Positions 1 to 12,689 are shown, counted from the first letter of the stretch. The stretch is 64,000 nt of DNA from Eledone cirrhosa (GCA_964016885.1 OZ024742.1:356686001-356750000), one strand, 5' to 3'. Program-made: numbers and translations. The notes: generated from the letters alone by a model not told the origin.

Positions 1-540
1 TGATGATAATAATAATAATAATAATGGAATTACTGCGTACAGTGATCAGGTGCACTACAACTTATCAAAGGTGCATGTATAGTACATAGAATAATGTACA
101 CATTTCAGGAAAGTGAACAGTCTATGAGTCATGATATACATGTGTACTTGTGTATGGAGGGGGAATATCAGGTGTAGTGTTGGTGAATTTCAGAAAGCAT
201 GGAGGTTTCAAAGGATACAGTGTCTCAACAGCTAACAACTGATGCAGGTAGTTTGTTCCATGCTTCAGCAATTCTGAGCGAGAAAAAAAGGTTTCTGAAA
301 GTCATGGGAGCTGTGCTGTTTTCTCACTTTGTAGGCATGCCCACGTGTGTTAGACACATGGAATTCAAAATGGTACTCAGGGTTGTTGTTACAAGATGGT
401 TAATAATTTTGTGGGTGTTTAACAAGTCAGATGCCAGACGTCGGAGCTTCAATGTATTGATGCCCAGAGAAGCAAGGCATTCAGAGTGTGATAAAATATA
501 CCTAGTATATGCTGTAAAGTAGTTGGCATTCAGGAAGGTA
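1..540 (-). mobile_element. 3' fragment of a CR1/L2-type LINE (ORF2 C-terminus, 3' UTR, (ATT)n tail)
   Basis: Minus frames read LASLGINTLKLRRLASDLL...KII and LRIAEAWNKLPASVV, typical of the CR1-group ORF2 end; (AAT)n at 1-24. Homologous copies at 3170-3640 and 59335-59655. Confidence 0.75.
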
Positions 541-546
541 ATCAAG

Positions 547-1317
547 CATATAAACACGGAATAGGCAGACCTAGAAAAACCTGGGACGAGCTGATAAACT
601 CCGACATCACACACTTACACCTCTCCAAGACAATGTCACTGGACCGAGACCTTTGGCGGTACTCAGTAACAGAGAAGACCCGCCTTACCTAAATATATAG
701 TAAAACCTACTCCAGCCAGTAGGCATCTCTAACAAAATACACCCCGTCCCACCACCACCACCCCCACCCCATCCACACCACCCCGTTCTATGTAAAGTTA
801 TGTTTGTGCCGCGCCATCCAGGCCGAAACAAATGAGATCGTGTAGGTGTCACGACAAAAAAAACACACAGTCCACGCTGTAATGTGGCCGTGTAGGCAAC
901 ACGGTAAAAACCTCCCAGACCCACACTGTAAATGTGGTTGGTGTTAGGAAGGGCATCCAGCTGTAGAAAACCTGCCAGACAGTCCACGCTGTAATGTGGC
1001 CGTGTAGGCAACACGGTAAAAACCTCCCAGACCCACACTGTAAATGTGGTTGGTGTTAGGAAGGGCATCCAGCTGTAGAAAACCTGCCAGACAGTCCACG
1101 CTGTAATGTGGCCGTGTAGGCAACACGGTAAAAACCTCCCAGCCCCACACTGTAAATGTGGTTGGTGTTAGGAAGGGCATCCAACTGTAGAAAACCTGCC
1201 AGACAGTCCTATGCAAGCAAGACAATCACTCTTGCCTCAAGTGGGACTACCTCCGTCGAAACCCATGCAAGCGTGGAACACGGACGTTAAACGTTGATGA
1301 TGATGATGATGATGATA
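547..1317 (+). mobile_element. RTE LINE 3' end with long 3' UTR containing 3 tandem 112-bp modules, terminal stem-loop and (TGA)n tail
   Basis: GRPRKTWDELI..D..HLHLSK ORF end at 560-690; unit starts at 869, 981, 1093 and (partial) 1205; CCATGCAAGCGTGG...GGACG then (TGA)n. Confidence 0.85.
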
Positions 1318-1785
1318 AACAACGCGAAATATAAAGGCATGAACAAGATCTGGTTAACTTCCCGGTCAAATCTCAGAAGTTTACAATCCGTCCAACCCAT
1401 ACCAGCATGGATATAAAATGGTGATGATTGTGATGATGATGATATTGAATAAAATACTGGCTGAATAAATAAGTATAAAAGATTATCATTACAATCGTAT
1501 AGATTCGGAAACAATATATGACTCGGCAATAAAGTACATATTAAAACAGATATTTTGCTGGGAAAATAATTTATCTATATAACAACCAAATAATAAAGGG
1601 AGGAAGGCGGGGGGAAATTTCATCTAAAAATACAACATTTTTGATAATAGTTATTCAGCAATATCATTTTCAAATTGATAATAGTAATGTAGAAAAGTTG
1701 ACAAAATTTAGTTTTTCAAATGGATGTTCTCCTTTCTGCTTCTTCTGATATCAATACACTTAAATTTTCTTTAGATCTAAGTCCA

Positions 1786-2170
1786 TGTATATATATATAT
1801 ATATATACACATATATATATATATAATGTGTTCATGTATTTGTGTGTGTATATATGTGTGTGTGTATATATATATGTGTGTGTATGTGTGTTTGTGCATA
1901 TATATATATATGTATGTGTGTTTGTGTATATATATATATATGTGTGTGTGTGGAGGGGTGTATATATGCATGAGGTTTGTGTGTGTGTGTATATATATAT
2001 GTGTGTGTTTGTGCGTATATATATATGAATGTGTGTTTGTGTATATATATATATATATATATACATATACATAGGCATGTGTTTGTGTATATATATGCAT
2101 GTGTGTGTGTATATATATATGTATGTGGGTGTGTGTTTTTGTATGTATGTGTGTGTGTGAATATATACAT
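1786..2170. repeat. Compound (TA)n/(TG)n microsatellite
   Basis: Directly visible; explains the Y/I/H/T-rich spurious ORFs. Confidence 0.95.
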
Positions 2171-2330
2171 ACAATTGTAAAAGATATCTCTACTCAAGTG
2201 GAGTAATATGATGATATAAAAATGTAATTTTTTTCTTTCGAATTAAAAGAGGAAGCTATATAATCTCTTATATTTCTGTTGAATCTATTTTAGTAGGTGT
2301 CATTTAAATTCTATAAAATTACATTTGTGT

Positions 2331-2792
2331 CAGGGGCGAGGGGTCTGTGCATGCAATGCATGCAGTGCATGCGTTATAGAATCTTGAGTTGATCAATTGC
2401 GTTGGTAGAAGAAAGCAGAATTTTGGCTGCTTACTAAAACGTATAGACACAAAAAAAGATAATAATCACACACACGCACACATACAGACAAACACACGAC
2501 AGCTTTGGGGCAAGCAGAATTTTGACTGCTTACTAAATCGTAGACACATAAAAAGATAACACACACACACACACGTACACACAAACACATGACAGCTTTG
2601 GGGCAAGCAGAATTTTGACTGTTTACTAAATCGTAGACCCATAAAAAGATAACACACACTAGATAATACTACATGCAGCTTTGACCGGGAGGGTCATTTA
2701 GAGAGAATGGGAAGGGGTAGGCTGCACAGCCCCACTTTCCGCCATGGTGATTGGACTGCATGCCCTGCTTTCCAGGTTACCCTTCGCCACAG
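2331..2792. mobile_element. Non-autonomous hAT-type DNA transposon (MITE) with 3 internal ~95-bp repeats
   Basis: 8-bp TSD ATTTGTGT (2323-2330, 2793-2800); imperfect TIRs CAGGGGCGAGGG / CCCTTCGCCACAG; internal AAGCAGAATTTTG...ACTAAA repeats at ~2413, 2512, 2604. Confidence 0.8.
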
Positions 2793-3014
2793 ATTTGTGT
2801 AATATATACTAAATTATGTACTCAGCCTATATAAACTTACTCAGATTATTGCAGGATATATCATTAGTTTGTAAGTAATTGTGATAAAAGTATTTCAGTT
2901 TTAGTTTGAAAAGGCAGGGGAATATATTGTTATTTCTTGTATTGCACTGATAGTTTATTCTAAACACAGTGAAGAGATTTAATACGAGGTCGAATGCATA
3001 TCTTTCTAATATAA

Positions 3015-3150
3015 TAATTGTTACTACTTTTGGCACAAGGCTTTACTGGTACTTTATTTTATCGACCCCGTAAGGATAAAAGGCAAAGTTAAGCTCGGGA
3101 ATGGAGAGGGCCGTAACTCTTTGCTGCAAAGCATGACACCCAACCCTCTA
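3015..3150 (-). mobile_element. Meta-domain tRNA-SINE fragment
   Basis: Reverse complement of TTGCCTTT.ATCCTTACGGGGTCGATAAAATAAAGTACCAG core shared with 36925-37123. Confidence 0.75.
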
Positions 3151-3169
3151 TCAATCTTCTCATATAATA

Positions 3170-3640
3170 ATGAAAATGATTGTGTTCAGTGCTCAGGTGC
3201 ACTAGTACTCATTAAAGGTGTATGTATAGTACATAGAATAATGTACTATATACATAGTGTATAAGTCAAGATATATATACACACACACACACACTCACGT
3301 GTGTGAGTGTGTAGGGAGGGGAATATCAGTTGTAGTGTTGGTGGATTTCGGGAAGCATGGAATGAGTTGTCTTTCTGCTATAAAAAATAAAATAATGAAA
3401 TTATTGTGTACAGTGCTCAGGTGCACTACAACTCATCAAAGATGCATGTGTAGTACATAGAATAATATACAAATGTCAGGGAAATCAATAGTGTGTGTGT
3501 ATGTGTCTGGGGGGGGGAGCATTAGGTGTAGTGTTGGCGAATCTCAGGAAGCATGGAGGTTTTAAAGGATACAGTGTTGACAGCTAACAACTGATGCAGG
3601 TAGTTTGTTCCATGCTTCAGCAACTCTGAGCGTGAAAAAA
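3170..3640 (-). mobile_element. Two CR1-type LINE 3' tail fragments
   Basis: Homologous to 25-290 (CAGTGCTCAGGTGCACTA..., GTTTGTTCCATGCTTCAGCAA). Confidence 0.7.
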
Positions 3641-3964
3641 TACCAGGCCAACCCGTTTTATTGGTTTGTTCAGCAGAAGAGATCTGAGCTCATGGCCTTC
3701 ACAGGCCTTTCAAGATATGTTAACTTTATGTAGTTATGATTCCACTTTAGTAGCTGCAAAGCCGTAACTATGGCAAAAACCATGTGCACGGTGGGAATGC
3801 CAGAGAACTGATATTCTAGGTTAAAAGCACTGAATGTATTAGTTACTACAGAGCCTGGAATGGGAACAGTATGGTAGATGAAAGGAGAAATGAGTGACTG
3901 AAGTGTTCAAGTGATAGTGGAATGAAATTCTCCAGCCCAAGTAACATAAAATCCGGTAAAGATA

Positions 3965-4130
3965 ATTGTTTCCATTTTAGGCATAAGGCCAGCAATTACC
4001 CACTACATTACTGGTACTTTATTTTATCGACCCCGTAAGGATGAAAGGCAAAGACAACCTCGGCGGGATTTGAACTCAGATCATAAAGGGACGTAACTCT
4101 ATGCTTCAAAGCATGGTGTCCGACTCTCTA
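3965..4130 (-). mobile_element. Meta-domain tRNA-SINE
   Basis: B-box GAGTTCAAATCCC and Meta core on the minus strand. Confidence 0.8.
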
Positions 4131-4224
4131 AAGATAATATAAAGCAATGAGATAATCTATGAACCAGTAGGTGTAGAGTCACCAATGCTGTATTAGTACT
4201 ACTGATAATTATATATATATATAA

Positions 4225-4483
4225 GGTGCTCATGTAGGTGTCAGGACTAAAAGCACCCAACCCACACTGTAAAGTGGTTGTGTAGGAGTCACAACAAAAA
4301 GCACCCAAGCCACCCTGTAAATGTCGCTAGTGTTAGGAAAGGCATCCAGTCATAGAAATCTAGCCAGAAACAGTCCTATATGAACACGACTCAGTCACCT
4401 GACCCAACTTGATTCTAATGGGACAACCTGTCTAACTCATGCTAGCATGGAAAATGGATGTTAAATGATGAAGAAGATGATGA
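4225..4483 (+). mobile_element. RTE-derived bipartite module plus 3' tail (non-autonomous)
   Basis: AAAAGCACCCA repeats, GTTAGGAAAGGCATCCAG, CATGCTAGCATGG stem, (TGA)n. Confidence 0.75.
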
Positions 4484-4529
4484 TATATATATATATATAT
4501 ATATATCATCATCATCGTCTTCATCATCA

Positions 4530-4926
4530 AGGACGGGTTGGAAGAAGTTTAGGGAGCTGCTTCCTCTGTTGATAAATAAGGGTTTCTCCCTGCATAAGAA
4601 ATAATGGTTATATGATGCCTGTGTGAGATGAGTGATGCTGCATGGTAGTGAGACAAGTTGTGATGTGCAGGAGAGAAGACTGAGATGGTATGGACATGTG
4701 ATGCTCATGGAAGATGACCGCTGGGTATAGAAGTGCCAAGAAATCCCAGTAGAAGGAAGACCACGAAAAACATGGGCGGAGGTGGTGAGAACAGACCTTA
4801 GATCGTTGAAGCTCACTGTGGAGATGACGAAGGACTGTGACAAGTGGAGAGATGCTGTGCTGAATAGGACCCGTCCCACCCTTGCAAGCAGGGAAATGTG
4901 GACGTAAAATTATGATGATGATGATA
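4530..4926 (+). mobile_element. 5'-truncated RTE LINE (family A) 3' fragment with internal deletions
   Basis: RTGWKKFRELLPLL...GRPRKTWAEVVRTDL; collinear with 20306-20830; (TGA)n tail. Confidence 0.9.
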
Positions 4927-5009
4927 TATATATCAGGCTGGATTCAGTTTGAAACTGGTTAAACCATTACTCAACAGAGTACAGGATACTTGGGGTAGTA
5001 TATATGTTT

Positions 5010-5110
5010 ATATAATAAGAGTCAGGACCCAATGGCTGAGCTCTTGCTGTTTCAACAGCTAGTTACAGTCTAAGCAAGTGCTCAGCCATTGAGTCCCACC
5101 TTTTATAATA
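5010..5110. repeat. Small palindromic (MITE-like) hairpin
   Basis: CAATGGCTGAGCTCTTGCT ... AGCAAGTGCTCAGCCATTG arms within TA-rich flanks. Confidence 0.55.
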
Positions 5111-6076
5111 TATATATATATATATATCATCATCATCATCATATATATATGAATGTATGTGCATCCAACCATACGTGTATGTGTGTGTCTGTGATTGTGT
5201 TTGTTTGTTTGTGTGTGTGTATGTGTGTCTACATTAGTTGTTCATAACTTAAAGTGTGTAGTGACGTCTTTTTTTAAAACTGTTGTCTATTAATTATTCA
5301 CTCCATCAACAAATGATAGAGATTTATTTAAGTAATTTATTGCATCCTAATTGATTTCCACCATACTGTAAATAAAGGTTTTTGCAGCACTTTTCCAGCA
5401 CATTCCAATATCAAGTGAAATTGCCAGCAGCACATCCAACTTAATTGATAGAGAATATTTATTAATTATATTTTAATGAGAGTTAGCAGCTATAAACATA
5501 TATATAGACGTTATTGATTGTCAGTGTTGAAGAAAACGTTTCAAGTTTAGGAATATGTGCACTAGTGTATTCAAACAGAAATGCTCTCTGGATTTAATGT
5601 CCTGCTCAGTTATTCACCCCTTATGCAAATGTCCACTTTCATATTTTCATGGATCACCCATCTTGTTTGATGATAGCCATTCAGTTGATCAGTTAACTAA
5701 ATGAGCTCCTCATTAAATCAGTGTATAAATGGCTATGTGTATTTCAAAAATGTCTTATTGATTCGACATATAGAAAATGAAATCAGTAATAGAAAGGACT
5801 ATAAATGCCATAAATGAGAGAAAGAAGTGAGCAAGGATTACTAGATAAAGTGTACCCATAAGATAATCCACTCCATAAATCAGAATGTAACATGGTTGGA
5901 CATTTGAATTACACATATATTCCATCCAAACATAGTTGGATTTAAACCTTGGTGGGTTCAGGGCTATTCATGTAAGGTGGTCATACTGGTGCCAAGGTCT
6001 AATGCCATGAAAAGAAAGTCTCAGTACAATCTGTAAGGTAGTCAGTGTTAAGAAGTGTATCTATCCATAGAATACC

Positions 6077-6450
6077 AAGTCAAAAATGGAGTAAATAAGC
6101 AAAACATGGTCACTTGAACTTTCTAACCCCATAATGTGTCAGCCCTTCTAACCCATGTAAACATGGAAAATAGACATTAAACAGTGGTGATGATGATGAT
6201 GATTAGAGTGGTGATGAAGAAATGTTCTGTTCAACCAGATTACAATCTGGTTGAACAGAACATTTCACACAAAATATTACTGTTCACAGTTTTATTTTCT
6301 ACTTCTTCTTCATCACCACTCTAATCATCATCATCATCACCACTGTTTAATGTCTATTTTCCATGTTTACATGGGTTAGAAGGGCTGACACATTATGAGG
6401 TTAGAAAGTTCAAGTGACCATGTTTTGCTTATTTACTCCATTTTTGACTT
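6077..6450. repeat. 145-bp inverted duplication of a retroposon tail enclosing a 23-bp perfect hairpin
   Basis: 6077-6221 is the reverse complement of 6306-6450 (one mismatch seen); stem 6219-6241/6244-6266. Confidence 0.9.
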
Positions 6451-7712
6451 AGTTCGTTTATGCTTTGCCGTTCATGTATATTACTATTACACATCCAGCG
6501 GAGCATGCAAGCTTCGTTCCTCTCCAGTCTGTGTATATCCTCTGCACACAATGCCCAGGTCTCACTGCCATGTAACATTGCTGTTCGTATGCAGGAATCA
6601 TACAGCCTGCCTTTCATCTTTAGCGGCTAATAGTGGTATAAGCTCTCTGAACTTTTTCCATCCCGTTCTGACTCCAGCTACTGTACTTTCAGAGCACCCT
6701 CCACCACTGTTGATTTTGTCACCCAGGTAATGGAAGCTGTCCACTATTTCTATAGAACCATCTGTGCAATGGAATAAGCTAGTATTTTGTGGGCACTTGC
6801 TGCTACTTATTACACCAGAGCACCGGCCACATATGAAATCTATATTCTTAGTTAGTTTTCTAAGAGCCCACCAGATAATGGAGCAGGGGACTCTGTTAAA
6901 GGCTTTCTCCAAGTCAACAAAAGCTAAGTATAAGGGTCTACTTTTAGCTAGGTAGTTCTCCTGTAGTTGTCGTACAATGAAAAGAGCGTCTGTGGTACTT
7001 TTACCTGACACAAACCCGAACTGCATTTCATCTAGATCAATTCGCTCTCTGATTAGTTGCGCTATTACTTTTTCTGTGATCTTCATGACCTGGTCGATTA
7101 ATTTAATGCCTCTATAATTACCCCTATATAGAGCATCTCCTTTACCCTTGTAGCAGTTAAAGATGATGCTGCTACGCCTGTCCTTCGGAATGACCCCATT
7201 CTGTATGACTTGGTTTACTATCCGGGTGACCATAGTGTTTCCCACCATTCCAGATGCTTTCAGAATTTCAGCAACTATTTCCGAAGGCCTTACCCGTCTT
7301 CATATCTTTGATTGCCTTACTTATTATACAACCTTCAACTAGCACTGCTGGTCCCGCAATTGGATCGATGTGGGGGAGACTGTCTTTCTCCCATTTATTC
7401 TCCTCATTTAGTAGCCTTTCGTAGTGACACTTCCAAGCTACCTTCTTATCAGCGTCAGTGATGGCAAGTACACCATCATCATTAAGGACACACTTATCCC
7501 TGACAATATCACGGTTTTCCTTGACACATTGCCTAGCGATCCTGAACACCTCACGTTTTTGGAGCTCGCGTTCTAGAACATGCTTGAACTTTCTTTCCTC
7601 TGCTTCCCTTCTTGCGAAGTACACTTGTCTCCTAGCTTCCCTTCTGGCTACTTGATAGTCTTCTCTACTTCCCCCATCCCGCCATACTTTCCAAACCTGC
7701 TTTTTGGCCTTA
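6451..7712 (-). pseudogene. RTE LINE ORF fragment with RT core deleted
   Basis: KGKGDAL..GNYRGIKL, QFGFV, AFVDLEKAF present; WWALRKL joins directly to TKNIDFICGRC and YADD is missing; frameshifted. Confidence 0.9.
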
Positions 7713-7731
7713 ATTGGCTTCTATATATGTG

Positions 7732-7782
<51 letters not shown>

Positions 7783-7786
7783 ATAT

Positions 7787-8356
7787 ATCATCATCATCAT
7801 TTTATGTCCGCTTTTCCCTGCTTGCAAGGGTGGGATGGGTCTTATTCAGCACAGCATCTCTCCACTCGTCACGGTCCTTCGTCATCTCCACCATGAGCTT
7901 CAATGATCTGAGGTCTGTTCTCACCACCTCCGCCCATGTTTTTCGTGGTCTACCTCTACCACGTCTTCCTTCAACTGACATTTCCTGGCACTTCTTCACC
8001 ACCCATCAGTCATCCTCCATGCGCATCACATGTCCATACCACCTCAGTCTCCTCTCCCGTATATTACATTCTATCCCTCTCAGACACAGTTTCTCTCTCA
8101 ACATATTTATGCTGGGTCGTTCACGCACATTTACACTGCACATCCAACGGAGCATGCTTGCCTCATTTCTCTCCAGCCGTCTCATATCCTCTGCAGTTGC
8201 TGCCCATGTCTCACTACCATGCAGCATGATGCTCCTCACACAGGCATCATACAACCGGCCTTTCGTACGCAGGGAGAAACCCTTCTTCGTCAACAGAGGA
8301 AGCAGCTCCCTAAACTTCTTCCAACCCGTCCTTATTCTAGATGCTATGGCCCCGCT
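7787..8356 (-). mobile_element. 5'-truncated RTE LINE (family A) 3' end
   Basis: IRTGWKKFRELLPLL...RRLRWYGHVMR...GRPRKTW; highly similar to 20287-20850. Confidence 0.92.
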
Positions 8357-8401
<45 letters not shown>

Positions 8402-8467
8402 ATATATATATGTGTGTGTGTGTGTAAATATATATATATGTGTATAGGTATATATATATATATATAT

Positions 8468-8810
8468 ACAACAAAAAAACACACAGTCCACGCTGTAAAT
8501 GTGGCCGTGTAGGCAACATGGTAAAAACCTCCCAGCCCCACACTGTAAATGTGGTTGGTGTTAGGAAGGGCATCCAGCTGTAGAAAACCCGCCAGACAGT
8601 CCACGCTGTAATGTGGCGGTGTAGGCAACACAGTAAAAACCTCCCAGCCCCACACTGTAAATGTGGTTGGTGTTAGGAAGGGCATCCAGCTGTAGAAAAC
8701 CCGCCAGACAGTCCTATGCGAGCAAGACAACCACTCTTGCCTCAAGTGGGAAAACCCCCGTCCAAACCCATGCAAGCGTGGAACACGGACGCTAAACCCG
8801 ATGATGATGA

Positions 8811-8815
<5 letters not shown>
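8468..8815 (+). mobile_element. RTE 3' UTR fragment with 2 copies of the 112-bp module
   Basis: Same unit as 869-1205; terminal stem and (TGA)n. Confidence 0.85.
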
Positions 8816-8856
<41 letters not shown>

Positions 8857-9671
8857 TCAGTTTTATGTTCATTTTTAATGCTAACATAGGATGAAGAAAC
8901 TTTTGAGTCAGAATTCTACAACTGACTGCCATTGCTGGCACCAACCCTCACTTGTTTAAGTAAGTTACAGATCATTGCATGCCTAGTCACTGAACAGTAT
9001 GGTCTTTGTTTACATGACACATAAATAAATATTAATGTCTGCAATGTTGAAGACCAACAGAAGAGAGAAGCAAACAGACACACATGTATACAGTGCACAC
9101 ACATGCACATGCACACACACACACCCAAACAAACAGAAAAATAAATACATACACACACACATATATATACATATATATATGTAAAAGGTATACAGAAATA
9201 AGAACACAATCAGTACAGTATATGGAAGGAATATATTAAGTTAACGCTTGAAGTAGCAGGAAGAGGGTCTTAATGTTTCGGACATATATATGAAGTATAT
9301 TTTTATGTATATATCTATTTGTGTGTACAACAAGCATTTTAAGGCCATTTACAATGCTACAATGTAGATTAACTTGTCAGGCCCCATGACAAGTTTCTCC
9401 TCTTTGTTCTATCTCATGCATCCTCCTTGTCAATCACGTGGCTTTTATTTCCTCCTTCAGCAAGTCTAGCCATGTCTTCCTTGGTCTTCCCTTCTCTCTA
9501 CATCCACCTTCAATTCCATCACTCCCCTTGCCCAGTTACTTTCTTCCCTGATCCAACCATTTCATTCCCTTTTCCTTCAAACAATCATCTCTGACTCTAT
9601 TTCCATTGTCCTCTGCAATTCAGGGTTTGTCTGTATTTCTCTCTCAGTGACATGATGATGACAATGCTAAT

Positions 9672-9845
9672 AATATTTGTTTCTACTTTTGGCACAAGGC
9701 CAGCAATTATCCCAGTGTATTACAGGTACTTTATTTTATCGACCCCATAAGGGTGCAAGGCAAATTTAACCTCAGCGGGATTTGAACTCAGATCATAAAG
9801 GGCCGTAATTCTATGCATCAAAGAATAGCGTCTGACCCTCTAAAA
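9672..9845 (-). mobile_element. Meta-domain tRNA-SINE
   Basis: Meta core and B-box on the minus strand. Confidence 0.75.
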
Positions 9846-10029
9846 TGCCGTTAATAATGATGATAATTATGATGACAGCTATGCTGATGATAATGTTGGT
9901 GATTATGATGATGGCAATAATAATAACAACAACAACAGTATTGTAGAAAAACTAATATAATCTAAATGGATTATAATATAATCTGATTAACTTCATATAT
10001 AATTAGGATTATTATTATAATTAATAAGT

Positions 10030-10255
10030 ATTTAAAGTGCTTTCAAGTGACACCAGCCAAGCTCATGGATGTTATCCAACCCTCTTGCTTAGGGTCTACC
10101 CCTGGGTCTCCTGCCAGTTGGATTTGCCCATAAACTCTGCAATTCTTTCCTGAAACATTTAAACTACATGTCTATAGTATCAGAGCAGTGATGTCTCAAT
10201 TTGGAGAAGTAGCATCTCTACCTGGAGTGACACTCTGATCTCCGAACTATGCACT
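10030..10255 (-). mobile_element. Old RTE-type LINE 3' relic (family C)
   Basis: PTGRRPRGRP..WLDNIHELGW-like frames; homologous to 13490-13800 and 51735-52060. Confidence 0.65.
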
Positions 10256-12689
10256 TAATTAGATACAAAAAATGAAAAATAAAATATCTTCAGTTGGAAT
10301 TGAATGCCCAGTTGTGATATGGTGGACAGCTGCATTACAACTGTATCACAGGGCTCACCATTATTTTACCTCGTATTTTAGACCTAATATATCAGACAAT
10401 TCTATTCTGATGAATCAGTGTGTGTATGACTGAGAAAGATAAAACCTTTTTTTTTTTATTATGTAAAGACAAAACAAAAAAATGTGTGAGAAAAAAAATA
10501 CACACAAACACATACCACAACATGTAGTATTGGTGTTTTCTCTCTAAAACTGTTTGAGGAAAACCAACACACTTACAACATTGTCACAGGTAATAGTGAA
10601 ACTAAGATGCTGAAATAATGAAATGCTGTCAAGGGCATCACATTATATATTGGTAAGGTGAGCCACTAACAATGACAAGAACCATATTGTCTACAGCCCA
10701 GCTCCACCAGGAATCTCAAATAGTTTGCCAATGAGTCTTGGTATTTTAGAATTTTATTCCATTCAGCTATGGATGGAGAGGAACCCTCCTTTGTTATAAC
10801 ATCCAAGATGTTGCGAACACAATAACCTTTGAAGCTGGATGATTTTCCTTCAGTAAACCACCGAATAGTAAATGTGGAATGTTATTTGTTCAGTTAAGAA
10901 ACCTAGAACAAGCTGTACAGTTAAAGTAGTATAAACATCTGACAGTAAAATATTACCTTAACCTCATAGCTATCACTCTTCTTACAGCATCATATCTCAT
11001 AGAGATTTATATAGTTTTCCAAATTTAATACCATTAATACCATAGAGAGATAAAGCATATATAAAAAAAAGTAAGAAATCAAATAATAATTGCTTATTTG
11101 CTTATAATTATAATAATTGTATTTATCATAATTGTCTAGTTGTTTACCCATAAGTTCACCTTCAAAATATTTTCATGTCATTCACATTTTCTAGTTTATT
11201 AATATATTGTTTATCCCTAAGGTTACGCTATCAAAAGTCCATTATTCTAAATCTCATTAAGTCTAATTAATCTCTATTCTGTTCAGATGAAATGTAGCTA
11301 AAGCTTCTTTTATTTTATAAATACTAATATTGGAAGAGTTCATTGATATAAACTGTGTAGAAAACTTGATGTTTTATTTTGTCTCCCTCTAGGGGCTTTT
11401 TCAATTATTGTGGCGTCTCTTCGGTTCAAATACTGATTACGTTTTTGTAGTTATTGTTATTCAGCACCAGTTCATCTCTGATTGAGCATTCCTATGATCA
11501 AAGGCTTTCCAGCAAAAAAACGGCTAAGCTTTCTTTCAGAGATTTAGGACTGCATTATCTAATCTATTCTTAGAGTTTTAAGAGGGCATTTTCGCTGCTA
11601 TGTCTAGCTGATTGAGTAACCTCATAAAAACACCTTCATTGACTCTACACTCTATATCTTGTAAAGATATTTTCTGCAATGAAACAAATAAAGTCCACAA
11701 TATTCCATATATAATGAAACAAAAGTCAATCTTATGTTAAAGTTGATCTCCAGGGTATTGACTTAAAAATCTAGAATATCCTATGTATCTCATAAAAGTG
11801 GACCCTACATTTTCAAAGGTGATGGGTCAAAAGATTATCCTGTGTTTAAATGTTGTGGTAAGAAAATTAATCCCCTTCCCTATAGTTATATATTTTCATA
11901 TATAATTTACAGAAGCTTTAAGTTTTGGAGTTTCCAATTTCATGATCAAAATAGCACTGTAATTACTGTATTACAATTCTAATATGAAGCTAGGTTATAT
12001 GAATTTAGTGGAGGCACGTGGCATAATGGTAAGTGCGTTACAATTATATTGTTGTAGGTTCGATTTCTGGACTTCTCAAAATATTCCAGTGACTCTTGTG
12101 ATGTGTGGCTGATTGTCACACTTGGTGGTGAATTGATGGTCGTTTATGTTTTTCTTTCCCTTTTTTGTTTTTTTTTATTTCTCTTGCTTTATTCATATAT
12201 TTTGGAGCATAGTATTTGTAAGGTACCTGGCAATAGTTAATTGTATTTATTGCATGTGTTTATATTAGTGTTTGTGTTTTCATTCTGAAAGATATGAGAG
12301 AAATGTGTAATGTCATTTATGTATATATTTAAAATCAAATATATTCATATAAAAATATATGTTAAAAACAAATCAGGTTTTGTTTTGTGTTACTGAACAA
12401 GACATTTAATTTCATGTTGTTCTGATATAGTCAGCTGAAAATGAATAGCAGCAGTAGTGAGAAGTTTAACCCTGATGGACTGGAGTCCTGTCCAGGGAAA
12501 GTCTTATACTGCCATTCGCTTAATGCCATGGAAACCAGGATAACCACTGGTATCGTGAGTCCCCAGGTTTAGGACAGTCTTTAAACTTTATATGGATTTA
12601 AATCTATAATTCACTGTAATTCCTGTATTTGGTGTGTGTATAAGAACAAACAAAAATACGAGAAAGAATAATTGGTCATCATTACTCTA

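Noticed and set aside
1716-2197. Overlapping Y/I/H/T/C/V-rich ORFs (also near 8.3, 14.2, 27.6 and 30.8 kb)
   Set aside because: Dinucleotide microsatellites are stop-free in several frames.
10400-10445. CTGATGA...GAAA hammerhead-like string
   Set aside because: Stem II is possible but stems I and III and the cleavage triplet do not form.
10690-10905. ~70-codon minus-strand frame (STFTIRWFTEGK...EWNKILKY)
   Set aside because: No start or in-frame acceptor and no recognisable domain; cannot be supported.
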